NCBI GenBank assembly: GCA_010093815.1
Contig: ML996588.1
Origin: Pseudovirgaria hyperparasitica
Taxonomy: Eukaryota
Reading direction: 5' to 3' (one strand)
Length of the DNA stretch: 64,000 bases
In this document: positions 24,409 through 38,674 of the stretch, piece by piece
How positions within the stretch are numbered: position 1 is the first letter of the stretch
Layout: every line of letters begins with the position of its first letter
Made by a program: the position numbers and the translations under genes
Notes under the pieces: generated by a model
Seen by the model: the letters and a program-made list of their open reading frames with translations, nothing else
The model's database searches: none
What the model was told of the DNA's origin: nothing

Positions 24409-27400
24409 GACGATACCGTAGTAAATTATACTAGTAAGTTATAACTATTAGTAAGGAGGCATGGAACCTTACTATACGGACCCGATCGTTGCTAATCTAT
24501 CTTATATCCTTATTAATTATTAATAAAGATAAGAATAATAGTAATAATCGGGGTAAAGACACGCTACCTAACGTATATTTATAGTATATAGATGTATTTT
24601 CGGTAGGAGATACGTTACTTCTCCCTAATCACGGGCTATATAAGCTAAAGATTAAGCTTAAAGAGGGAGTAGACGTCCCTTATAGCCTACTTTACCTACT
24701 TTTAAGACTAGAACTTAAAGTTCTTTATAAATATATTAAAGAATACCTTAAAAGAGGCTAGATATATTATAGTATATTATTAGCTAGCGTACCTATTCTC
24801 TTCGTAAAGAAGAAAGATAGAAGTTTATATCTATACGTCGACTATCGGGCACTAAATATAGTAACTAAGAAGAATTATTATCTATTACCGCTAGTTAGTA
24901 AATCTTTAGACTAATTAATAAAGGTAAAGTACTTTACGAAGCTAGATTTACGAGATATATATTACTAGCTTTAAATTCGTCGCGGAGATAAGTGGAAAAC
25001 CGCATTTCGGACTAGATATAGTTATTTTAAGTATACTATTATACTATTCGGGCTAATAAATACACTAGGAGCGTTCTAAGGATATATTAATACTATACTC
25101 GTAGGATTACTTAACGTGATTTATATAGTTTATCTTAATAATATACTAATTTACTCTGATAGTATATAGAATTATAAAGAATATATGAAATTAGTACTAA
25201 ATCATCTAAGATAGTATAAACTCTACGTAAAATTATCTAAATATAAGTTTTACTAATAAGAAGTTGGGTTTCTTAGCTTTATTATAATATATAGCGGCCT
25301 AAAAATAGAGCCGGAGCGTATAAAGACTATTATAGAATAGCTAGAACCTACTACTATACGTTAAATTAGAATATTTATAGATTTCGTGAACTATTATTAT
25401 AAATTCATTATAGACTTCTTACGAATTACGGCGCTACTTAATAAACTTATAGAGAATAGTAGTAAAATCCCTATAGGTAGGCGAGTATAGCGTAAAGCTA
25501 AGTCGGTCGAGATATAGTTAACGCCGGAAGCGCGAGATACGTTCCGATTATTAAAGAATTACTTTATAACTACGCTAATTCTTAGGTATTTTAATCCTAA
25601 GAAGTATATTCGGGTTAAAACTAACGCGTTAGGATTTATAATTACTAGAATTATTAGTTAACCGTATAAAGATACGAAAGATAAGGTATAATAGTACCCG
25701 GTTACTTTCTTTTTCTATAAAATAGCGGATATAGAGACGCGTTATAATATATACGACTAGAAACTACTTATAATTATTAAGAGTTTTAAGTAATAGTGAT
25801 ATTATTTAGAAGGCTCCGTATATTAGATTAAATTATTATTAGATTACGTAAATCTACGTTACTTTATATTAACTAAGGTTCTTAATTACTAATAAGTATG
25901 TTAGACTAAGTAGATATTAATATTTAACTTTAAAATCTTATATAAAGCTAGAAGAGAGAATAAAGCTAATCCTCTATCGCGGCGTAAAGATTATAAGAAA
26001 TCGTTATAGAATAACGTAGATAGTTAGTATAAGTTAGACTATACTATACTTTAGATACTATAAGACTCGTTATCTAATAGAATACTAGAAGCTAGGATAC
26101 TTTCGGCGATTCTCCGCGGGAATTAGAGCGGGTATTAAGTAATCTAAATAAACGTCTAAGAAACTAAGAAAACCCTTAAAGACTTAATTAAATCTATCTA
26201 GAATTCCGATATATTAGTAAAGAAAGTTATAAGTATAAAAGAAAGCGCTATAGATCCGCTATAGTTATTAAGATAGAAACGATAATTAGACGCGATCTAC
26301 TTCTAAGACTAACTCTATATACCGGAAGGCGGCTTATAAATTAATATTTTAAGGGAATAGTATAATTACGCGTTAGTAGAGTACTTTAGCGTTATAAGGA
26401 CGGTCGATTTAATCTAAAGGACGTATAACTAGCTAGGTCTTTATAAATATATAAAAGACTACGTAAAAACGTATAACGTTTACTAGTATACGAAAGTATA
26501 TAGATACTTACTATATAGTAAATTAAGGCTATTACCTATACTAAAGGAGGTATAGAAGGAATTATCGATGGATTTTATTATAGATCTACCCCTAAGTAAG
26601 TATTCTAGGTATATTTATAATAGTTTACTTATAGTTCTAGATAGATTTACGAAGATATTATACTATATCCCTATAAGGAAGATAATCTAAGTACCGGATC
26701 TTATAGATATACTACTCCGTGACGTAGTCCGGCTCTATAGTATACTAAATAGTATAGTTTTAGATAGAGGTCCGTAGATAACATTGAAATTTTAGAAGGA
26801 TTTCTACTATATACTAGGAATTAAGCGGAAACTTAGTACTATATTCTATCTATAAATAGATAGATAGATAGAGTAGTAGAATTAGATAGTCGAGGCGTAT
26901 TTACGCGTATATTATAACTATAAGTAGGATAACTAGGTAAGGTTAGTCTATATTACGGAATTCGCGTATAATAATAGCCGATATACATTAACCTACGTGA
27001 GTCCGTTCGAAGTAAACTTCGGTTAGAACCATAATATATAGTTCTTAGAGACTTAGTTTAAAGTAGAACGACCTAATATTAAAGTAATAGAAATTACTAT
27101 AGAACTATTCTAAACGTAAAGAAGCGTTATAAAGTTACTATAAGATACTATGAATTATAGTAAATTGCACTATAACAAGGGTAGAAAACCTATAATCTTT
27201 AATATTAGGGATAAAGTTTTACTAAATAGTAAGAATATTTATAGTATTAGGCTAAAGAAGAAGCTTAACTATATAATAATAGGTCTATATAAGATTACTT
27301 ATATAATTAATAACTAGGCGTACGAGTTATAACTCCCTTCTATATTAAAGATATATAATATATTCTATATTACGCTTCTCGAGCTATTTTATACCTTATT

Positions 27401-29242
27401 ATTACCGGATTATTCTAAATAGATACTATATAAAGTAGTTACGTAAGAAGGTATAGATATCTATGAAGTTAAGTAGATACTTAGCTAGTAATACACTAAA
27501 GATAGTATATAGCTATATAAAATTTATTAGAAAGGATATAATCCTAATAAAGATACTTAGGAACCTATAATAAACATTAGTAAAGTAGTAATATTAGTAT
27601 ATAAGTAGTAATTAGTAAAGAAAGCCGCGGAATCGTAGAGAATTATACTAAAGTACGGTAATTTAATATTTTTTAGTATAGTTTAGTACTAAGGACGGCC
27701 GCCTAAAAGGAAGAAGGTAAAAGAGATATAGATCTTTAAAACATTCTAAGGAATTAAGGAACTTTCTTAGAAAGTTTAAACTTAGAACTTTAAAAAATTT
27801 AACTAAAAAAGAGACTTAGAAAAATAATTTACTAAGAGAAATGGATATTAAAAATCAGTGCCGATTAGTATAGATCGGTATAGATTACTAAAGAGATTAA
27901 AGAAGTTATTATTTAAGAAAGATAAAATTAAGAAAGCTAAAAGAAAATATAAAGATCTATATAGATCTATATAAACTCGTACTAATCTATCTAGAAGAAG
28001 TAAGATCGCTTTAAAATTAAAACCGAAAAACTAAAAACCCTAGATAAAAGAGATATATTAGTACTAATTAGTATAGATCTAAACTAATTAAGTTAGAGTA
28101 GGAGTAGAAGTACTAATTACCGCGATAGTTATATCTAATTCCTTCCGCTAGTTCTTATTTAGTATAGTATAGAGCTTTATAATATAAGTCTCTAGCCTTT
28201 CATTCTAATACTATAAATTCTATATAGCGCGCCTTATAGCTATAAACTCCTCTATAGAAACCTACGGAGTAGCGGGACCCGGGATAGAGAGGGATAGACC
28301 GGTGTAGGCACGCTAAGAATTATATAAATTAGTAAAAAGATTTAACGATTAGTATAGAACTATATACCTTTAGTATAGAAACTTCTAGATTAGAGCTATC
28401 TTCTCTAAATTTATAGCTCTTTAGTATATATAAGAAAGGAACCTTAGTCTTTTTACTAGAATCTTTTCTAGAAATTTTAATATCGCTAGTATATAGAAAG
28501 AAGTCCGAAGTAGTAGAGATTTTAGTACTATTATAGAGATTAATATATATTAGTAAGAATCTATAATAATTTAAGAAAAATAATATTATCTAGTAATCGC
28601 GGTAATAATAGCTATAGTAGATTCTAATAAATTCTTATAGATCTTATTAGAATCGTACTCCTAGACGTAACTCTTACCTTAGGTATATAGCTTATAGAAA
28701 GTCTTCTCTAAGGTATTATAATTAGTAGTACTACGCTCCTTATTAGTAGGGGTTACTAGAGGCCTAGTAGTAATCTATACTAATATAAGTAAATCTATAT
28801 AAAGTTCTTTAAACTTACTTAAATACCTATAAGTAATAACGCTTCTTAGTTATATAAGTACCATATATTATAGATTTAGTACTACCGTAAGTAATATACG
28901 ACGGAAAGCGATAACTATAATAATATATAGCTAGATTATTAGAGCCCGGCCTAGGTCAGGGTAGATTAATAGCTTTCAACATATCAGTAACATATACGAG
29001 ATAGGGATTATTCAAAGACACCTATTTCCGCGCTAATTACTTTAGAGTATTAAGATTTCGGGAAACTATATTATAATTATTATTAATTTATACGGATTAT
29101 TACGAATTATATTATTACTAGCTAAGGACGGTATAAAAATTAGTAAATTACGTAAATCGTACTAAATTATAGTAAATCTATATAAATCTATATCTATAAG
29201 AATTAGATAATATACCTAATAATCTAAAAAACTCTATAAAGA

Positions 29243-29480
29243 TATAAAGAGTAAAGACGTAGAATAGTAGTCTAATAGTTTATAGAGAGACATAGGAATA
29301 TATTTATAGAGTAATCTTACTCTTATACGAGGTTGATTCCTAACGAGTAGGAATTGGTTTATACGGTCCACTTATATAGTAACCTTGCTTAACTTAGCTA
29401 ACTCAATCTAGCTCTGGCCACTACGTGGCTACATGGATTAGAATGATCTATATAGGTCTATTATAGTTCCTATCCTAATA
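29243..29480 (-). mobile_element. Solo LTR of family B (238 bp), in A2
   Basis: Matches B LTRs 37958-38195 and 60665-60902; TSD AAAGA; empty site visible in A1 at ~30375. Confidence 0.92.
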
Positions 29481-32400
29481 AAAGAGTTAAGAAGTTTTTT
29501 AAAGAAAGGAATATTTCTAAGAAAAGATTTTAATATAGATAGTACCTAGGCTTACCTAATTATATTACGTAATACGCTAGGCCTAATTAGGTAATCTTAC
29601 CTATATAAGAAGTTAAGATAGATAAAATCTAGTTTATTAGGAAAACGCTTATATAAATCTTAGATTAGCGAATATTAGTAAGTATCTAAGATAAAGTATA
29701 GAGAACGACTAAGGTCTTACGAGACTTAGAATAGGGATATAGAGATAGATAACGATCTAGGTCGCTAAGGGTAGCTTCCTAGAGGGAAGGGATAATTATT
29801 AGGACTTAGTCTTAGGTAGAACCTAATCTATATATACCTTAGCTAATAGAGTTAGGAGGTAACGTAAAGGGCGGTAAATAGTTACGTACTAGATAGATCG
29901 GCGTCCCTTTATATATATACTCTTAGATTTCTACTAAAAGAGTTCGGTAGTAATTCGTTCTATAATAGAATACACCCTATTATTCTATCTAACTATACTA
30001 CTATCTAATAACCCTATTCTTATAGTACGTATAGGTTAGGTTCTACCTAAGACTAAGTTCTAATAATTATCCCTTCCCTCTAGGAAGCTACCCTTAGTAA
30101 CCTAGATTATTACCTATCTCTATATCCCTATCCTAAGTCTTATAAGACCTTAGTCGTTCTCTATACTTCGTCTTAGATACTTACTAATATTCGCCGATCT
30201 AAGATTTATATAAGCGTTTTCCTAATAAACTAGATTTTATCTATCTTAACTTCTTATATAGGTAAGATTACCTAATTAGGCCTAGCATATCACGTAATAT
30301 AATTAGGTAAGCCCGGGTACTACCTATATTAAAATCTTTTCTTAGAAATATTCCTTTCTTTAAAAAACTTCTTAACTCTTTATAGAGTTTTTTAGATTAT
30401 TAGGTATATCACCCGATTCTTATAGATATAGATTTATATAGATTTACTATAATTTAGTACGATTTACGTAATTTACTAATTTTTATACTATCCTTAGCTA
30501 GTAATAATATAATTCGTAATAATCTATATAAATTAGTAATAATTATAATATAGTTTCCTAAAATCTTAATACTCTAAAGTAATTAGTGCGGAAATAGGCG
30601 CCTTCGAATAATCCCTATCTTATATATATTACTAATATATTAAAAGCTATTAATCTACCCCGACCTAGACCGGGCTCTAATAATCTAGCTATATATTATT
30701 ATAGTTATTGCTTTCCGTCGTATATTACTTACGGTAGTACTAAATCTATAATATATAGTACTTATATAACTAAGAAGCGTTATTACTTATAGATATTTAA
30801 GTAAGTTCGAAGAACTTTACGTAGATTTACTTATATTAGTATAGATTACTACTAGGTCTCTAGTAACCCCTACTAATAAGGAGCGTAGTACTACTAATCG
30901 TAACGCCTTAGAGAAGGCTTTCCACGAGCTATATATCTAAGGTAAGAGTTACGCCTAGGAGTACGATTCTAATAAGATCCGTAAGGATTTATTAGAATCT
31001 ACTATAGCTATTATTACCGCGATTACTAGGTAATATTATTTTTCTTAAATTATTATAGATTCTTACTAATATATATTAATCTCTATAATAGTACTAAAAT
31101 CTCTACCACTTCGGACTTCTTTTTATATACTAGCGATATTAAAATTCCTAGAAAAGGTTCTAGTAAAAAGGCTAAGGTTCCTTTCTTACGCGTACTAAAG
31201 AGCTATAAATTTAGTGAAGATAGCTCTAATCTAGAAGTTTCTATACTAAAGGTATATAGTTCTATACTAATCGTTAAATCTTTTCGCTAATTTATATAAT
31301 TCTTAGCGTACCCGCGCCGGTCCGTCCCTCTCTATCCCGGGTCCTACCGCTCTATAGGTTTCTATAGAGGAGTTTATAGCTATAAGGTATACTATATAGA
31401 ATTTATAGCGTCGGAATAAAAGGCTAGAGACTTATATTATAAAGCTCTATACTATACTAAATAAGAACTAGTAGAAGGAATTAGATATAACCATTACGGT
31501 AATTAGTACTTCTACTCCTACTCCGACTTAATCGGTTTAGATCTATACTAATTAGTACTAATATATCTCTTTTATCTAGTATTTTTAGTTTTTTAGTTTT
31601 AATTTTAAAGCGATCTTACTTCTTCTAGATAGATTAATACGAGTTTATATAGATCTATATAGATCTTTATATTTTCTTTTAGCTTTCTTAATTTTATCTT
31701 TCTTTAATAATAACTTCTTTAATCTCTTTAGTAATCTATACCAATCTATACCGATCAGCACCAATTTTCGATGTCCATTTCTCTTAGTAAATTATTTTTC
31801 TAAGTCTCCTTTTTAGTTAAATTTTTTAAAGTTCTAAGTTTAAACTTTCTAAGGAAGTTCCTTAATTCCTTAGAATGTTTTAAAGATCTATATCTCTTTT
31901 ACCTTCTTCCTTTTAGGCGGCCGTCCTTAGCGTTAAACTATACTAAAAAATATTAAATCGCTGTACTTTAGTATAATTCTCTATAATTCCGCGGCTTTCT
32001 TTACTAATTACTACTTATATACTAATATCGCTACTTTACTAATGTTTATTATAGGTTCCTAAGTATCTTTATTAGAATTATATCCTTTCTAATAAATCTT
32101 ATATAGCTATATACTATCTTTAGCGCGTTACTAGCTAAGTATCTACTTAACTTTATAGATATCTATACCTTCTTATATAACTACTTTATATAGTATCTAT
32201 TTAGAATAATCTAGTAATAATAAGGCATGAAATAGCTTAAGAAGCGTAATATAGAATATATTATATATCTTTAATATAGGAGGGAGTTATAACTCGTACG
32301 CCTAGTTATTAATTACACGAGTAATCTTATATAGATCTATTATTATATAGTTAAGCTTCTTCTTTAGCCTAATACTATAAATATTCTTACTATTTAGTAA

Positions 32401-35400
32401 AACTTTATCCCTAATATTAAAGATTATAGGTTTTCTACCCTTATTATAGTGCGATTTACTATAATTTATAGTATCTTATAGTAACTTTATAATACTTCTT
32501 TACGTTTAGAATAGTTCTATAGTAATTTCTATTACTTTAATGTTAGGTTATTCTACTTTAAACTAAGTCTCTAAGAACTATATATTATAGTTCTAACTAA
32601 AGTTTACTTCGAACGGACTTACGTAGGTTAATATATACCGGCTATTATTATACACGAATTCCGCGATATAGACTAACCTTACCTAGTTATACTACTTATA
32701 GTTATAATATATACGTAAATACGCCTTAACTATCTAATTCTACTACTCTATCTATCTATCTATTTATAGGTAGAACGTAGTACTAAGTTTCCGCTTAATT
32801 CCTAGTATATAGTAGAAATCCTTCTAAAATTTAGATGTTATCTATAGACCTCTATCTAAAACTATACTATTTAGTATACTATAAAGCCGGACTACGTCAC
32901 GGAGTAGTATATCTATAAGATCCGGTACTTAGATTATCTTTCTTATAGGGATATAGTATAATATCTTTATAAATCTATCTAGAATTATAAGTAAACTATT
33001 ATAAATATATCTAGAATACTTACTTAGGGGTAGATCTATAATAAAATCCATCGATAATTCCTTCTATACCTCCTTTAGTATAGGTAATAGCCTTAATTTA
33101 CTATATAGTAAGTATCTATATACTTTCGTATACTAGTAAACGTTATACGTTTTTATATAGTCTTTTATATATTTATAAAGACCTAGCTAGTCATATATCC
33201 TTTAGATTAAATTAACTATCCTTATAATGCTAAAGTACCCTACTAACGCGTAATCGTGCTATTCCCTTAAAATATTAATTTATAAGCCGCCTTCCAGTAT
33301 ATAGAGTCGGCCTTAGAAATAGATCGCGTCTAATTATCGTTTCTACCTTAATAACTATAGTGGATCTATAGCGCTTCCTTTTATACTTATAACTTTCTTT
33401 ACTAATATATTAGAATTCTAGGTAGATTTAATCAAGTCTTTAAGGGTTTTCTTAGTTTCTTAGATATTTATTTAGATTACTTAATACCCGCTCTAATTCC
33501 CGCGGAGAATCGCCGAAAGTGTTCTAGCTTCTAGTATTCTATTAGATAACTAGTCTTATAGTATCTAAAGTATAGTATAGTCTAACTTATACCGACTATC
33601 TACGTCATTCTATAACGATTTCTTATAATCTTTATACCGCGATAGAGAATTAGCTTTATTCTCTCTTCTAGCTTTATATAAGATTTTAAAGTTAAATATT
33701 AATATCTACTTAGCCTAATATACTTATCGGTAATTAAGAACCTTAGTTAATATAAAGTAACGTAGATTTATATAATCTAATAATAATTCGATCTAATATG
33801 CGGAGCCTTCTAAATAATATTACTATTACTTAAAACTCTTAATAATTATAAGTAGTTCCTAGTCGTGCGTGTTATAACGCGTCTCTATATCTACTATTTT
33901 ATAGAAAAAGAAAGCGACCGGGTACTATTATACCTTATCTTTTATATCTTTATATAGTTAACTAATAATTCTAGTAATTATAAATCCTAACGCGTTAGTT
34001 TTAACCCGAATATACTTCTTAGGATTAAAATACCTAAGAATTAGTATAGTTATAAAGTAATTCTTTAATGATCGGAACGTATCTCGCGCTTCTAGCGTTA
34101 ACTATATCTTAACCGACTTAGCTTTACGCTATACTCGCCTATCTATAGAGATTTTACTACTATTCTCTATAAGTTTATTAAGCGGCGCTATAATTCTTAA
34201 GAAGTCTATAATGAATTTATAATAATAGTTCACGAAACCTATAAATTTTCTAATTTAACGTATAGTAGTAGGTTCTAGCCATTCTATAAAAGTCTTTACA
34301 CGCTCTAGCTCTATTTTTAGACCGCTATATATTATAATAAAGCCGAGAAACCTAACTTCTTATTAGTAAAACTTATATTTAGATAATTTTATATAGAGTT
34401 TATACTACCTTAGACGATTTAGTACCGATTTTACGTGTTCTTTATAATTCTATATACTATTAGAGTAAATTAGTATATTATTAAGATAAACTACGTAAAT
34501 CACGTTAAGTAATTCTACGAGTATAGTATTAATATATTCTTAAAACGCTTCTAGTATATTTATTAGCCCGAATAGTATAATAGTATACTTAAAATAACTA
34601 TATCTAGTCCGAAATGTGGTTTTCTACTTATCTCCGCGACGAATTTAAAGCCGGTAATATATATCTTATAAATCTAGCTTTGTAAAGTACTTTACCTTTA
34701 TTAATTAGTTTAAAGATTTACTAACTAGTAGTAATAGATAACGATTCTTCTTAGTTACTATATTTAGTACCTAATAGTTAACGTATAGACGTAAACTTCT
34801 ATCTTTCTTCTTTACGAAGAGAATAGATATACTAGCTAATAACGTACTATGACGTATCTAGTCTCTTCTAAGGTATTCTTTAATATATTTATAAAGAACT
34901 TTAAGTTCTAGTCTTAAAAGTAGGTAAAGTAGACTATAAGGGACGTCTACTCCCTCTTTAAGCTTAATCTTTAGCTTATACGGCCCGTAATTAGAGAGAA
35001 GTAATATATCTTCTACCGAAAATATATCCGTATACTATAAATATATGTTAGATAGCGTGTCTTCGCCCCGATTATTACTATTATCCTTATCTTTATTAAT
35101 AATTAATAAGGACGTAAGATAGATCGGCGACGATCGGGTCCGTATAGTAAGGTTCTATACCTCCTTACTAATAGTTATAACTTACTAGTATAATTTACTA
35201 CGGTATCGTTAGAACGTTAATATCTCCTTCTAAAAATTAAGGATAGAGTTTAGGCGTCTAAGCTAAGGCATCCCTAGAATTATATTCTATTAGCTAATAT
35301 TAGCCACGATAAATTTATTAGACATCTACTATTTTATTATCTTTAAGTTATAAACTTTATAATTCGTTATAGCTTTATCTAAAGTTCTAACTTTATATCT

Positions 35401-35406
35401 ATTAAC

Positions 35407-35407
<1 letters not shown>

Positions 35408-35462
<55 letters not shown>

Positions 35463-35556
35463 NNNNNNNNNNNNNNNNNNNNNNNNNNNNNNNNNNNNNN
35501 NNNNNNNNNNNNNNNNNNNNNNNNNNNATAATAATAATAATAATAATAATAATAAT
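35408..35556. repeat. (AAT)n tract with assembly gap (LINE 3' tail)
   Basis: Perfect AAT units on both sides of 65 Ns (35463-35527). Confidence 0.9.
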
Positions 35557-37608
35557 ATTAGTAAACTAGGTAGAGTACCACTCTATAGGCGTATGCCTCC
35601 TCTAGTCTAAGCTACTATATAAGAAGAAACCTATAAATAGGAAAAACTCCCTTATATCCATAACTACGCTCTATCTATCCTCTCGTTCTTTATATATATA
35701 TAGCCCTAGGGGCTACCTATAGGCCTATAGCCTATATTATAATAGTTTACCCTTAGGTAGCACGTGTAGATGCGGAGATTATTAGTTAAGGGCTACCCTT
35801 AACTAATAATTGCGGTTCTCCCGGGGTTCTTCCGACGTATACTAGGGTTCTTCTAGCATATATCGGGCTTCTTCCGGTATATATACGCGGGTCTACTAGA
35901 ACTAGGGGAGAGGAAGGTATACAAGTATCTATTAGACGACGTCCTTAGGGTACTTATTAAGCTATTATATAATATCGGAGGTCCTCATTATATAGACGAG
36001 GGCTTATCTTAGGGTATAGAGGCTAGAGTACGTCGCGAGATAGTAGCGTATTATACCTCTCCGGCCATAGTCCTCGCACTAGAGAGATATATCTAGGACA
36101 CCTCTCTAGTAGAGATAATATAGAAGACCTATAGCGCCTATTCGGGCTTAGAGGAGTATAGATACTTAGGCCTTTATTAGCCCTTTATATATCTATTTAC
36201 TTAGTTTCTTCTAAGGCCCTTGGATCTATTCTAGATACCTATCCTATTAGGAGGCCTACTAGGCTTTAAGTACCTCCCTCTATTTATTCTAGATCCACGA
36301 CTATATAACACGGCTAAGCTCCTTAGGGCTCTATTAGCTCGGGATAGTATCCGGGTTATTTTAAACCTCCTACGCGGTCTAGCTCAAGTCCACCTCTATA
36401 TAGTATTTATATTATACTCGAGTTTATTCTATAGTAGGGAGGGCCTAGTAATGCGCGTAGATACGTGTACATAGTACGGCGAAGGTATATACTCTATCTC
36501 CTCCATATTCTTATACTTATTATTTAGTAAAGTATATAAGTCTCTATATCTAGTAGAAGTTCTATATACTTGTTACGTTTATCTCGCGTTAGAGAAGCGT
36601 CGTATTAGTAGCTTTATATATACCGGAGATAAGGCGGAGTATACGGTTTTATATAGACTTAAGCTTTACCCGCCGAGCTTATATAAGGGCCGTATACTAG
36701 TACTTATATCTATATATAAAGGCTAGGCGTACTAGGGAGATGTATAGCTATCTCGCCTTATCCCGGGCTATTCCCTATATGGATACCGTAATCCAGCGTA
36801 TAGCGGTTTCTATCTAGAGGGCTCTAGAGACGGCGTGTACCACCTATAGTCTCTATTTTAGCTTATTATCGATTATAACGCCGAGTGCTCGTATACTCTA
36901 TGCTGGTAGTTCTATAAAGGCGTCGATTTAGGGGCGACGTACCCCCTCCCTAGTAGCCTATCCTCTATAGCGGTTAATAAAGTATATAAGCTAGTATTTT
37001 TTAGGTGCGAATTTTACTCCGTGGCGCTTTACCTACTAGATACATTTCTTATGGTCTCGTTCGAGTCGTGTATATGTTCTACTAGTACTACTATTAACCG
37101 CGAGGAGGTATATATCATCCGCGTATCTAACTACCTCTATATATTCTATTCTCTAAAGAAGGTCTACTATAAAGAAGAGGAAGAGGATCGGGGAGATGGT
37201 ACTCTCTTACGGGATGCCGTATACTATTAGGCACGTGGCCTGCTAGTTGATTCTACATGTATGTAGTAGTCGTATATAAGTAGTGTGCTCCACCCTTGAA
37301 GCAGTAGCTTTAAGATTCGGTCCTTTTGGTATAGTTGATTGGTGCGTAGAGCCCGCCTCCTTATATATACCGTCTCCTTATATTCGCTTCGGTATCTAGG
37401 GATATATATTTAAGTAGTCCTTTACGCGAGGAAGGACTATATAAATCGTATAATCCACTTAGGTATTCGCCTTATCCGGAGGTTATAGATAAGTCTTATA
37501 TGGTTTACCTTATTAAACGCCTCTACTATATCTAGGGAGAGTAGCGTAACGACTCGTCCTTATTTCTATATAGTCTAGATAACCTCGAGGATGTGTTAAA
37601 TGGCTGTA
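35414..37608 (-). mobile_element. 5'-truncated non-LTR retrotransposon (LINE D, Tad1-like) with (ATT)n tail, inserted in A1
   Basis: Minus-strand RT motifs LLSLDIAGAFDKVNH (~37505-37545), GIPQGS.ISPILFLF (~37170-37220), YADD (37114-37125), LGV.IDNKLKW (~36855-36890) and a C-terminal CCHC (~36025-36080). (AAT)n tail around the gap at 35463-35527; ~17-19 bp TSD ATATCTATTAACTATAATA (35395-35413 / 37609-37627). Confidence 0.88.
37225..37365. mobile_element. Solo LTR, family E, inserted in the LINE RT
   Basis: Reverse complement of 24269-24408; TSD TATAC (37220-37224 / 37366-37370). Confidence 0.88.
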
Positions 37609-38674
37609 ATATCTATTAACTATAATAGTTCGGCTAACTTTACTAAGATTATATAATAATCTATACTCCTTTATAAGAATCGACGAAATATAATTATCTT
37701 CTATACTAGTATCTATAAGGGCCTATATAGTTTTATTACTATTTACTATAGATAATAATACTTTTAGTAATATTAGGTCTTTACTTACTAGAAGGCGCTA
37801 TAGCTCCTTCTAAGTATATATAATTTAGCTAAGGACGCGGTTAGATCTTATATACTAGTCTATTCTTTTTTTAGATTCTTATAGTTAGACGAAATATATT
37901 CTATTTCTCTATACTTATAGTAACGAAGTATACTATAATCCTACTATTTTATAATAGTGTAAAGAGTAAAGACGTAGGATAGTAGTCTAATAGTTTATAG
38001 AGAGACATAGGAATATATTTATAGAGTAATCTTACTCTTATACGAGGTTAATTCCTAACGAGTAGGAATCGGTTTATACGGTCTACTTATATAGTAACCT
38101 CGCTTAACTTAGCTAACTTAACCTAGCTCTAGCCACTACGTGGCTGCATGGATTAGAATAATCTATATAGGTCTATTATAGTTCCCGTCCTAATAATATC
38201 CTTCTTCTTTTTATGCTTCGCCCTAAAGTACCTAAGTATATATAATTCTAAGTCTCTATAATCTATCGTGTACCTATATATCCGTGACTAAGTTCCTATA
38301 ACGTTATAACTATCCTTAATATAGGTGAACTCGAGATTCTAGTTTACTTTTACTAGTTTATGTATGCGCTTATCCCTTACTTTGTAGCTACTACCTAGGA
38401 TATATAATCGCTACTTTGGTCGAGTATATATTTAGCTTCGCTCGCCTTTAATTTTATTCTCTAGTATATCTACCTCGCTCTTAAGGTAAGTCGTTAATTT
38501 ATATACTATCTTCTCTAGTTTAGGTTTAGAAGGGTCTATAGTGGTCTATTCTTATTAGAACTAGTCTAATGTAACCTATTCGCGTTATTATGGTTACTAA
38601 TTTAGCTTCGTTAATCGCCGTTAAGGGTAGATAAATATTCCTTTCTTAGATCTCTAGCTAACATATATATATAG

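Larger units (their letters stand above)
22253..30024 (+). mobile_element. Ty3/gypsy chromovirus family A, copy A2 (full length, RIP-mutated), inserted in the 3' LTR of A1
   Basis: LTRs 22253-22480 and 29797-30024 (228 bp); TSD GTACG; PPT AGAGGGAAGGGA before the 3' LTR. RIP-corrected domains: CCHC knuckle (~23765), protease ALVDTG (~23966), RT VYLDDILIY (~25128), RNase H RVETDAS (~25611), integrase SMDFI (~26565), chromodomain (~27460-27570). Confidence 0.93.

Noticed and set aside
35408..35556. (AAT)n tract as a telomere or satellite
   Set aside because: Explained as the LINE 3' tail bounded by a TSD; not TTAGGG.
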